Assembly: GCF_035285525.1 (NCBI RefSeq)
Contig: NZ_JAYKGW010000056.1
Coordinates: 1 to 19,698, forward strand
DNA: 19,698 nucleotides
Origin: Okeania sp.
Lineage (GTDB): Bacteria > Cyanobacteriota > Cyanobacteriia > Cyanobacteriales > Microcoleaceae
Direction of reading: 5' to 3'
The notes beneath the pieces are model-generated. The model was not told the origin of the DNA and did no database searches. It saw only the letters and a program-made list of their open reading frames with translations. The stretch's first letter is position 1. Every line of letters starts with the position of its first letter. Shown here piece by piece: positions 8,105 to 15,960 of the stretch. A program made the position numbers and the translations under genes.

Positions 8105-8457
8105 CAACTAATACAACTGACTATATAATGAATAATTACCTCTAGTTAAAAAAGAGAGGATTTAAACAAGTGGGGAAATATTATTTATTTCTCTTCTCTT
8201 GGTCGATTAGATATAAGGATAACCTTTAAATTTAATAGATGAATTATTAATTATCCATTATCAATTATTCATTAGATATATTGAGCAAATTTTCTATCTG
8301 ATTAACTTGGTTAGGAAGGCAAATTAAATAACACCAGAAAATTTTCGTTTTAGCCAGGTAAACCTATTGAGCATAATTAATTTTCTCTGGTTTTATTCTC
8401 TTCTCATTCCTGATTGGAATAATAATCAAATGAAACTCCATCAAACTACTTTTATTC

Positions 8458-8640
8458 TAAGCATTCGGCAGTCAGCTATCAGGTATCATAATAGTGCTTC
8501 TAGTTTTTGAATAGAAGCTTTATTATTCAGAGATTTCTTTTACTATAAAAGCTAGTTTTCAAGCCTATATTCTTTTAAATATTTTCTTTAAGCTTGAGGT
8601 TTTTGTTGCTAATGGCTGACAGTTAATAGCTGAATGCTTA
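8458..8640. mobile_element. 183-bp MITE-like element with imperfect TIRs taagcattcggcagtcagc... / ...gctgacagttaatagctgaatgctta
   Basis: The outer 9 nt of the two ends are exact reverse complements (taagcattc / gaatgctta), and both are followed by heptamer-rich (cagctat-type) subterminal sequence. An internal perfect 7-bp hairpin is gcttcta-N9-tagaagc (8496-8518). There is no ORF. Confidence 0.7.
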
Positions 8641-9151
8641 CCTTTTATTAAATAAAGTTATTTGTGCAACCGACCCAGATTATAGCTCAGTTAATAACAC
8701 TAAGTCAATAGTCAACATTAATAGTGCAATAATTAAGAAATAAGTCAATGGCCATTTTTTGACTATAGAATCCTCAATGATTGAATACAATTAGCTAAAT
8801 CAAATATAATTTATCAGAAAAAGTCATTTTTTTATACATTTTTATAAAAATATATTTCAATAATTAATAATTACCAAAAAATCAGATCTAATGCCTCCCT
8901 TTTCAAAGAGATAAAAAACATTTCAATTCAGTATTTCAATCCCAATGCTTTAGCTAGAGGTACTGATAACTAATAACTGAAATAAATTTTTTCTTCTTCA
9001 CTCTTTATTAGTCATAATTAATACAGCGTTTCCCGTTGTTATAAGGTACAAAATTTTAGGTTTGAATGAACATAAAAAATCCCAACAAGCCCTTTCAAAA
9101 TGATAACTGAAATGACATAGAGATCGCTTATTTTTTCTACAGAAATTTTTA

Positions 9152-9198
9152 CCATAAAAAATTAGTTGCTAGTAGGAAATTTTGCTACTAACAACTAA
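9152..9198 (-). terminator. Candidate intrinsic terminator for the ABC1-kinase transcript
   Basis: A 14-bp stem forms between 9162-9175 and 9185-9198 with a 9-nt loop. The single C/A mispair on the plus strand becomes a G-U wobble on the minus strand. On the minus strand the stem is followed directly by TTTTTTAT (complement of 9154-9161). The stem is AT-rich, hence the moderate confidence. Confidence 0.45.
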
Positions 9199-9205
9199 TA
9201 AGAAT

Positions 9206-9398
9206 GTAAGCATTCAGCAGTCAGCTATTTATTTGATTTTGATATCAAAGCTTGGCTTTGTTAAAGTAAATTGAATCTTACTATCAAAGCTAACTTTAAA
9301 GGTTATATTTATTTAAAGCCTTTTTTATATCTTAGATAGGGTTTGCTGTTTGCGCAGCATTCCGCAGGAAGTGCTGAAAGCTAATAGCTAAATGCTGA
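9206..9398. mobile_element. MITE-like element of the gtaagcattcagcagtcagc family, overlapping the 3' end of the ABC1 kinase CDS
   Basis: The left end gtaagcattcagcagtcagctat (9206-9228) and the reverse complement of the right end (cctcagcatttagctattagct, 9378-9399) match at about 16 of 20 positions. The interior contains agggtttgctgtttgcgcagcattccgcaggaa, which is shared with other copies. Confidence 0.6.
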
Positions 9399-11441
9399 GG
9401 AAGAAACAGGTAAAGAAAGTTGAGGTTGAGTCTTTGATTGATGACCATTACTATTAGTATCAGAGTACTCTGGAGATAATAATAATTGTCGAATTAAACG
9501 AGCGATCGCTTTTTGAGTCAAACCACCTGCTACTTGTTGCCCTACCTTTTGCATTTCTGGTTTAACTAAGATATTAGGTACTAATTGTACTAACTGCATA
9601 GCATCAAAACTAGGAGTATCTTGAATAATTTGCCAGATATTTTTAATATGTTCTGCTCTCTTCTGTTGTGCTGGATTATTGGGTTTATTAACTGTAGTTT
9701 TTTCTACCTTTATACCTAACCACTCACTTACCTTATTTCTGGCATTAATAAATGTATTTATTGACGCAGAATCTAAACTATTAATTAGTTCTTCAACTAA
9801 ACGTACCCGAATAAAATCTCCTCGTTCAGATAATAAAAACTCTATAGCTTGATCTAAAACATTACTAATATCATAATCATCACTATTACTCGCATTTCTT
9901 AAAAGATTTTCCAGTCTATTCCAACGAAAATCACCATCTTTAAAAAGTAAATCTTTGAGAGAAGTTCTCAACTCCGGAGCGGGGTCAGTTAATAAACGTT
10001 TTGCCACATAAGGATAAGCTTTACTCAACACTTTAAAATTAGGATCGACATTAATCGCAATACCTTCTAAAGTTACTAAAGAGCGAATAATTAAAGCATA
10101 ATAAGCAGGAACCCGGAATGGATATTCATACATTAAAGCTGATAATTGATCTGTAATACTCTTAAAATTAAGTTCTGCCACACTAGCACCAAGAGCATTA
10201 TTAAACACACCAGCTAAAGCTGGAATAATTGGAGTTAAATCAGTTTCAGGAGTTAAAAATTCTAGCTTTACATAATCCTGAGCTAAAGCGTCAAAATCAC
10301 GATTTACTAAATGTACAACTGCCTCCAATAAACCATATCTTTGATAAGGTTTAACTTCACTCATCATGCCAAAATCTAGATAAACTAACTTACCATCAGG
10401 ACTTGCTAATAAATTACCAGGATGAGGGTCAGCATGAAAAAAACCATGTTCTAATAACTGTCTCAAAGAACATTGCACCCCAATTTCTATCAAATATTTC
10501 GCATCAATATTTTTGGCTTTTATAGCTTCCAAATTAGTCAATTTCGTACCTGTTATCCACTCCATTGTCAATACACGACGACCTGTATATTGCCAATAAA
10601 TTTTCGGAACATAAATATCTTTCAAATGACCGTAGAGTTGTTGAAATTTTTCGGCATTTCGACCTTCTTGAGTATAATCCATTTCCTCAAATATTCGAGT
10701 ACCAAATTCATCCATTATGGCAACTAGATTACTGCGGAGTCGCTTAATATTTTTATTTGCCCAAATAGCAAGTGTTCTTAATATATAAATGTCTAAAGCA
10801 ATGCTTTCTGCTAAACCAGGACGTTGTACTTTTACTGCTACTATTTCTCCTGTTTTTAATTTACCTTTATATACTTGTCCTAAAGAAGCAGCAGCGATGG
10901 GATCTGGTGTTAATTCTGCATAAATTTCTTCTGGAGGAAAACCTAATTCTTCTTCTATGAAATGATAAGCAACTTGATTCGGAAAAGCTGGTAGTTGGTC
11001 TTGCAATTTTGTTAGTTCATCTAAATATGTTGGAGAAGCTAAGTCTGGTCGAGTAGATAGTGCTTGTCCTACTTTAATAAAGGCAGGACCGAGATTTGTC
11101 AAAATTTCTCTTAAGGAGATTGCTCGTTTTTTTTCGTTTTTTGTGGTATTATTAGTAATTTTGTCGAACCATAAGCCAAAAGCAAATAATAAAAAAGTCC
11201 ACAAGATACTGATTCGCCGTTTCCAAACTTGCAGAGGACGTTTACTGTAGATGGCTGTTATTGCTTGTGGATCGTAGCGCAGGGTATTACTTTTTCCGGT
11301 TTCTGGAGGATTTTCAGATTTGGGTATTTCTGTATCTATCTTTATTTTTGGCATTGCCTCTATTTCTACTATGTCTAATTTCTGGCTGTCAAAATTGAAG
11401 TCTTTTTGGTGAGGTCTAGATGATATTGTTTCTAAATTCAT
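9381..11441 (-). CDS. ABC1/UbiB/AarF-family atypical protein kinase
   Basis: Motifs AAASLGQVYKGKL, VAVKVQRPG, FFHADPHPGNLL and YLDFGMMSE are present, and there is a transmembrane segment near the N-terminus. The ORF track starts at a TTG at 11486. I prefer the first ATG at 11441 (MNLETISS...). The stop is TAG at 9381-9383. Confidence 0.93.
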   Translation of the reverse strand: MNLETISSRPHQKDFNFDSQKLDIVEIEAMPKIKIDTEIPKSENPPETGKSNTLRYDPQAITAIYSKRPLQVWKRRISILWTFLLFAFGLWFDKITNNTTKNEKKRAISLREILTNLGPAFIKVGQALSTRPDLASPTYLDELTKLQDQLPAFPNQVAYHFIEEELGFPPEEIYAELTPDPIAAASLGQVYKGKLKTGEIVAVKVQRPGLAESIALDIYILRTLAIWANKNIKRLRSNLVAIMDEFGTRIFEEMDYTQEGRNAEKFQQLYGHLKDIYVPKIYWQYTGRRVLTMEWITGTKLTNLEAIKAKNIDAKYLIEIGVQCSLRQLLEHGFFHADPHPGNLLASPDGKLVYLDFGMMSEVKPYQRYGLLEAVVHLVNRDFDALAQDYVKLEFLTPETDLTPIIPALAGVFNNALGASVAELNFKSITDQLSALMYEYPFRVPAYYALIIRSLVTLEGIAINVDPNFKVLSKAYPYVAKRLLTDPAPELRTSLKDLLFKDGDFRWNRLENLLRNASNSDDYDISNVLDQAIEFLLSERGDFIRVRLVEELINSLDSASINTFINARNKVSEWLGIKVEKTTVNKPNNPAQQKRAEHIKNIWQIIQDTPSFDAMQLVQLVPNILVKPEMQKVGQQVAGGLTQKAIARLIRQLLLSPEYSDTNSNGHQSKTQPQLSLPVSSSAFSY

Positions 11442-11566
11442 AATATTTAAGCAAAATTTAACAACTATTGTTAAACATTGTAACAATACCCCTACAATTT
11501 CAGTTATCAGTTATCAGCTTTTTCAGTTAGCTTCCTGGACTGAGAATAGATTTCTAGAGCTGACAG

Positions 11567-11761
11567 AATTTAGGGAAAGATACTATATCTAGAGTCAAAA
11601 AACGATAACGTTCTAGTTTTCAACACTATATCTATGATTTATATGTAAATTCTGAGAGTCAAAAAATATGGGATTTTCCAGACTTACCCATACTATATCT
11701 AGAGTCAAAAAACCATTGCGCAACAGTTTAGAACTCTACATATAGTATCTTTTCCGAAATT
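11567..11761. mobile_element. 195-bp MITE-like element bounded by 28-bp imperfect TIRs (25/28), with internal direct copies of the terminal motif
   Basis: Left TIR aatttagggaaagatactatatctagag (11567-11594) compares with the reverse complement of 11734-11761, aatttcggaaaagatactatatgtagag. The internal modules actatatcta (L) and gagtcaaaaaa (R) occur adjacent at 11582-11602 and 11692-11712, and split by a 21-nt insert at 11625-11666. Confidence 0.7.
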
Positions 11762-11924
11762 ATAACTTTATTGCTTTACCCGAAATTTCCCGATGCAGAG
11801 AAAATTTATTACTTAATCAAGAATCAAAAAATTAATTGTGAAATTTGACTATTGCGTATGTCGTAATAGTAGATATTAAAGTTAGAGAGGAAGACAACTG
11901 AAAGTTGATTTCTACATTTGACAG

Positions 11925-12143
11925 AATTTAGGGAAAGATACTATATCTATATCTAGAGTGAAAAAACGATAACGTTCTAGTTTTCAACACTATATCTATG
12001 ATTTATATGTAAATTCTGAGAGTGAAAAAATATGGGATTTTCCAGACTTGCTCATACTATATCTAGAGTCAAAAAACCATTGCGCAACAGTTTAGAACAC
12101 TATATCTATGGTTGATCCCTAACTCTTGAGAGTGAAAAAATAT
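11925..12143. repeat. Second, variant copy of the 11567 element, with four L/R modules and no recognisable right TIR
   Basis: It is nearly identical to 11567-11733 at an offset of ~358 nt. Differences are a 6-nt atatct duplication at 11945 and c-to-g changes in the R half (gagtgaaaaaa). It ends in a fourth split module, cactatatcta-tggttgatccctaactcttga-gagtgaaaaaa (12099-12140), instead of an inverted end. Confidence 0.75.
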
Positions 12144-12350
12144 TTAAAGTGTCCTGCCTGCCGGAAATTTTCTCCCACAACTTCGACATCTCACATAACT
12201 CTGCAAACCTTCCAAATTTTCTAAACCCCTCACACCTTCCAAACTCCCCATTACCCTTTCAGCTATAATTAAAATTATAGCAATGTGCGCTGGTATCTTT
12301 ACAAATTGCAGGAGCTGTCCAATAGCTAAAAGCGTTATATTATCGGCCAT
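12144..12350 (-). CDS. Questionable 68-aa ORF of unknown function
   Basis: The ATG is preceded by GGGAGAataa, but that SD-like sequence is part of a heptamer repeat. It is locally more GC-rich than the surrounding spacer. It has a hydrophobic centre and a C-terminal CRSCGRKF. I recognised no family, and it could be non-coding. Confidence 0.25.
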   Translation of the reverse strand: MADNITLLAIGQLLQFVKIPAHIAIILIIAERVMGSLEGVRGLENLEGLQSYVRCRSCGRKFPAGRTL

Positions 12351-12357
12351 TTATTCT

Positions 12358-12390
12358 CCCTGTTCCCTGTTCCCTGTTCCCTGTTCCCTG
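12358..12390. repeat. Heptanucleotide STRR-type array CCCTGTT x4.7
   Basis: Read directly as ccctgtt ccctgtt ccctgtt ccctgtt ccctg. It lies between the divergent small ORF and treS. Confidence 0.9.
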
Positions 12391-12445
12391 CGCGCAGCGC
12401 TATACTTAAAATCTTCAAATACAAAAAGGAAAAAAGCCTTACCCT

Positions 12446-15400
12446 ATGCTAAAAAACGACCCACTTTGGTTCAAAAACGCCATAATTTACGAAGCACCAG
12501 TTCGAGCCTTTGCAGATAGTAACGGTGATGGAATAGGAGACTTTCGCGGACTCACAGAAAAATTAGACTACCTCCAAGATTTAGGCATAACAGCAATATG
12601 GACTCTACCATTTTTCCCCTCCCCCCTCAGAGACGATGGTTATGACATTGCCGACTATAAAAGTATTAACCCTATTTACGGAAACCTAGAAGACTGCCAA
12701 GAATTTATAGACGCTGCCCACGCCAGAGGCATTCGCGTCATTATCGAACTTGTAGTAAACCATACCTCCGATAAACACCCCTGGTTCCAAAGAGCGCGTC
12801 GTGCCCCCAAAGGTAGTGTCGAAAGAAACTTCTATATTTGGAATGATAATGCGGATAAGTACCCAGAAGTCCGCATTATTTTCCCAGATTTTGAAAATTC
12901 TAACTGGGCATGGGATTCTGTGGCTCAAGCTTACTATTGGCATCGCTTCTATTATCATCAACCAGACCTCAACTACGAAAACCCCGCAGTACAAGAGGCA
13001 GTTTTAGATGTAGCAGATTTTTGGTTGAAAATGGGAGTGGATGGGATGCGTCTTGACGCAGTGCCCTATCTTTGTGTGGAAGAGGGTACTAGCTGTGAAA
13101 ATTTGCCAGCAACCCATGCCTTTTTGAAAAGGTTACGAAGGCACATTGATGAGAGATATTCTAACCGAATGTTATTGGCAGAGGCTAATCAATGGCCGGA
13201 GGATGTGGCTAAATATTTTGGCAATGGGGATGAATGTCATGTAAGTTTCCATTTTCCATTGATGACTCGTTTGTTTATGGCTTTGCGGAAGGAGGATAAT
13301 TTTCCGGTTTCTGATATTCTGAAGCAAACTCCTTCTATTCCTAATAATTGTCAGTGGGCTTTGTTTTTACGGAACCATGATGAGTTGACTTTGGAGGTGG
13401 TGAGTGATGAGGACCGAGATTATATGTATAAGGTTTATGCTCAAGACCCTCAAGCGAGAATAAATTTGGGTATTCGTCGCCGTTTAGCGCCTCTTTTGGG
13501 TAATGACCGTCGCCAAATAGAGTTGATGAATAGTTTGCTTTTTTCTTTGCCTGGTACTCCTGTTTTGTATTACGGGGATGAGATAGGTATGGGAGATAAT
13601 ATTTATTTGGGCGATCGCAATGGTGTCCGGACTCCTATGCAGTGGAGTGCAGACCGTAATGCTGGTTTTAGTGGTGGTAATCCTCAAAGATTATATGCTC
13701 CAGTGATTGTTGACCCTGAATATAATTATGAAACAATTAATGTGGAGGCTCAACGGTCTAATTCTAATTCTTTGTGGTGGTGGATGAAGCGTTTGATTTC
13801 TACGAGGGAACGTTTTGAGGCTTTTGGAAGTGGTTCTTTTGAGTTGTTACATCCTGAGAATAGAAAGATTTTGGCTTTTACTCGGACTTATTCTGGTCAA
13901 CATATTTTGGTGGTGGCTAATCTTTCTCGTTTTGTGCAAACTGCGGAGTTGGATTTATCGGCTTTTAATGGTATGGTTCCTGTGGAAATTTTTGGCAGAA
14001 CTGAGTTTCCTAGGATTCACAAGGAACCCTATTTTTTTAGTTTGACTCCTTATGGTTTTTATTGGTTTATTCTACAGCAACAGGAAACTTTTGACACTTT
14101 AAGACCTTTCACTAAACCTCCTATTTTGACTGTTGCAGAAGGTTGGAAGGATATATTTTCTGAGCCAGAAAATCAGAATATATTAGAGTCGATTTTACCT
14201 AATTATTTGAGTAGTTTTCCTTGGTTTGAGGGTAAGAATAAGGTTATCCAATCTACGGAAATAATAGAGGTTGTTTCTATTGATTATAAGGGTCAAGAGG
14301 CTGCTTTGTTGTTGTTGGAGTTTCATTATATAGAGGGTCAGACAGAAACTTATTTAATTCTTTTGAGTTATTTGGATAAGTCGGAAATAGGTTCTCAGAT
14401 TTCTCCAGAAAAAATTATTGCTGAATTGGAAATACAGGGGCAAGATAAGTCTGGATTTTTGTTTGATGCTTTGGGAGAAAAAGAGTTTTTAAACATACCT
14501 TTGGCAGCTATTAGTAAAAACCAAAAATATGAAGGAAATATTGGTTTTATTCAGGGAAATGCAACTGATGTATTGCTAGAGATTATGCAGAGAACTACAG
14601 AAGATATTCAGCCACATATTTTGGCAGAAAGACATGATAAAACCCTAATTAATTTCGGCACAAGACTAATACTTAAATTATTTCGTAAGTTAGAACCGGG
14701 AATTAATGCAGAGTTAGAAAATGGTAATTTCTTGACAGAAATATCTAGGAGAGAAGGTTCAGCGATCGCTGGGAATATTTCTCAAACGGCAGGATATTTA
14801 GAGTATCATCGACAAGGAAGTAATTTAATTACTATTGGCATTTTAGAGGAGTTTATTCCAGAAGCAAGAGATGGTTGGTCTTATACTTCTGATGCTCTAA
14901 GAGATTATTTTGACAGAATCATGGTAGAACAAATTTCTGTAAATGAGTTAGAAATTCCCAAGATTACTGTTAATAATAGTTTGAATAAAGAGATTACTGA
15001 ATCAGTCTACGATATGATTGGTTCTTATCTTAATTCAGCAGAAAATTTAGGGAAACTTACGGCAGATATTCATCATGCTTTGGCTTCAGATTCAGAAAAC
15101 CCTAATTTTTCTCCTGAACAGTTTACACCTTTTTATCAAAGGTCAATTTATCAATATATCAGAAATCAGACGGGTAAAACTTTATTAAAGTTGAAAAAGC
15201 ACTTACCAGAGTTTTCACAAGATACACAACAATTAGCTAAAAGTGTAATTAATCGTCAAGACCGAATTTTGGAAAGTTTAAATTTGGTAGTAGAGCGAAA
15301 AATTCCTACTGCTATGCGGACTCGTTGTCATGGAGATTATCATTTACAAAATGTTTTATTTACGGGTAAAGATTTTGTCATTATTAATTTTGAAGGAGAA

Positions 15401-15778
15401 GCTACTCGACCTTTAAATGAACGTCGGATGAAACGTTCTTTACTGAGAGATATTGCGGTAATGTTAGGCTCGTTTTATTATGCAGCTAATGTGGCTTTTC
15501 GGGAAGAAATTAAAGGTGGCATGATTCGTTCTGAAAATTTATTAGCAATGGAACAATGGTCTACATTTTGGTATACTTGGGTTAGCATATCCTTCTTAAA
15601 AGCTTATCTTGAGAATGCCAAATCAAGTTCATTTTTAGCTCAAAGTGAACAAGAAATACAGCTACTTTTAGATGTTTATCTATTAGAAACAGCTATTTAT
15701 GAACTTGACCATGAACTTACTTATCGTCGCCAATGGCTAGAAATTCCTCTAACACGAATTCAACAATTGGTTCCATAA
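12446..15778 (+). CDS. treS: Bifunctional trehalose synthase (maltose alpha-D-glucosyltransferase, GH13) / maltokinase fusion
   Basis: 1110-aa ORF. The N-terminal ~550 aa carry GH13/TreS motifs: DGYDIADY, VVNHTSDKHPWF, GVDGMRLDAVPYL, LAEANQWPED and FLRNHDELTLE. The C-terminal part has the kinase catalytic loop HGDYHLQNVLF typical of Mak/Pep2 maltokinases. TreS-Mak fusions of about this length are an established architecture. Confidence 0.95.
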   Translation: MLKNDPLWFKNAIIYEAPVRAFADSNGDGIGDFRGLTEKLDYLQDLGITAIWTLPFFPSPLRDDGYDIADYKSINPIYGNLEDCQEFIDAAHARGIRVIIELVVNHTSDKHPWFQRARRAPKGSVERNFYIWNDNADKYPEVRIIFPDFENSNWAWDSVAQAYYWHRFYYHQPDLNYENPAVQEAVLDVADFWLKMGVDGMRLDAVPYLCVEEGTSCENLPATHAFLKRLRRHIDERYSNRMLLAEANQWPEDVAKYFGNGDECHVSFHFPLMTRLFMALRKEDNFPVSDILKQTPSIPNNCQWALFLRNHDELTLEVVSDEDRDYMYKVYAQDPQARINLGIRRRLAPLLGNDRRQIELMNSLLFSLPGTPVLYYGDEIGMGDNIYLGDRNGVRTPMQWSADRNAGFSGGNPQRLYAPVIVDPEYNYETINVEAQRSNSNSLWWWMKRLISTRERFEAFGSGSFELLHPENRKILAFTRTYSGQHILVVANLSRFVQTAELDLSAFNGMVPVEIFGRTEFPRIHKEPYFFSLTPYGFYWFILQQQETFDTLRPFTKPPILTVAEGWKDIFSEPENQNILESILPNYLSSFPWFEGKNKVIQSTEIIEVVSIDYKGQEAALLLLEFHYIEGQTETYLILLSYLDKSEIGSQISPEKIIAELEIQGQDKSGFLFDALGEKEFLNIPLAAISKNQKYEGNIGFIQGNATDVLLEIMQRTTEDIQPHILAERHDKTLINFGTRLILKLFRKLEPGINAELENGNFLTEISRREGSAIAGNISQTAGYLEYHRQGSNLITIGILEEFIPEARDGWSYTSDALRDYFDRIMVEQISVNELEIPKITVNNSLNKEITESVYDMIGSYLNSAENLGKLTADIHHALASDSENPNFSPEQFTPFYQRSIYQYIRNQTGKTLLKLKKHLPEFSQDTQQLAKSVINRQDRILESLNLVVERKIPTAMRTRCHGDYHLQNVLFTGKDFVIINFEGEATRPLNERRMKRSLLRDIAVMLGSFYYAANVAFREEIKGGMIRSENLLAMEQWSTFWYTWVSISFLKAYLENAKSSSFLAQSEQEIQLLLDVYLLETAIYELDHELTYRRQWLEIPLTRIQQLVP

Positions 15779-15860
15779 TAGGGAGTAGGGAGTAGTAAAT
15801 ATATTTACAGCACTTTCAAAGATAGTAAGGTGCAAATATTAAAGATAAAACCTTTTTAAA

Positions 15861-15877
15861 ACAGGCAAAATGCCTGT
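15861..15877. repeat. Small dispersed hairpin acaggca-aaa-tgcctgt, 83 nt downstream of the treS-mak stop
   Basis: Perfect 7-bp stem. The flanking gaaatctgctgtatt (15900-15914) parallels gaaatccgctgtatt at 2851-2865. Confidence 0.7.
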
Positions 15878-15960
15878 AACAGGTTTGCCTAACTGACATG
15901 AAATCTGCTGTATTTTGATTGATTTTTCCTAAGCATTTTGGTTTGGGTTTGGAGACCGCA

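Noticed and set aside
10545-10560. A single DnaA-box-like ttatccac, raising the idea that the repeat-rich spacers could be an origin
   Set aside because: There is one copy only, it lies inside a CDS, and there is no cluster of boxes or dnaA/dnaN context.
10473-10960. Three plus-strand ORFs (10473-10727, 10565-10747 and 10772-10960) of 60-84 aa
   Set aside because: They are antisense shadow ORFs within the ABC1 kinase CDS. Their Phe/Leu/Ile-rich composition is typical of AT-rich antisense frames.
11442-11486. TTG start at 11486 for the ABC1 kinase, adding 15 residues (MLQCLTIVVKFCLNI)
   Set aside because: It is a non-ATG start with no RBS and the extension is hydrophobic and uninformative. 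The first ATG at 11441 is preferred, although this cannot be proven from sequence alone.
11567-12143. CRISPR-like appearance: short repeats alternating with unique 20-25-nt segments
   Set aside because: The repeats are only ~21-24 nt and come as split half-sites. The supposed spacers are themselves duplicated almost exactly between the two copies. Copy A is closed by 28-bp inverted repeats like a MITE. No cas genes or leader are present.
12283-12519. 78-aa plus-strand ORF overlapping the heptamer array and the treS start
   Set aside because: It reads through the CCCTGTT repeat (giving PCSLFPVPCSL) and overlaps the treS start out of frame, so it is most likely spurious.
12686-14045. ORFs 12686-12994(-), 12801-13007(+), 13484-13687(-) and 13815-14045(+)
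   Set aside because: All are embedded in the strongly supported TreS domain CDS, either in alternative frames or antisense.
14640-14652. 13-nt match (aaaccctaattaa) to the MITE TIR inside the maltokinase coding region, plus aaaaccctaatt at ~15099
   Set aside because: The matches are short, in frame and code ordinary residues (KTLIN, ENPNF). There is no partner inverted end and no disruption of the ORF. They are most likely chance in an AT-rich genome.
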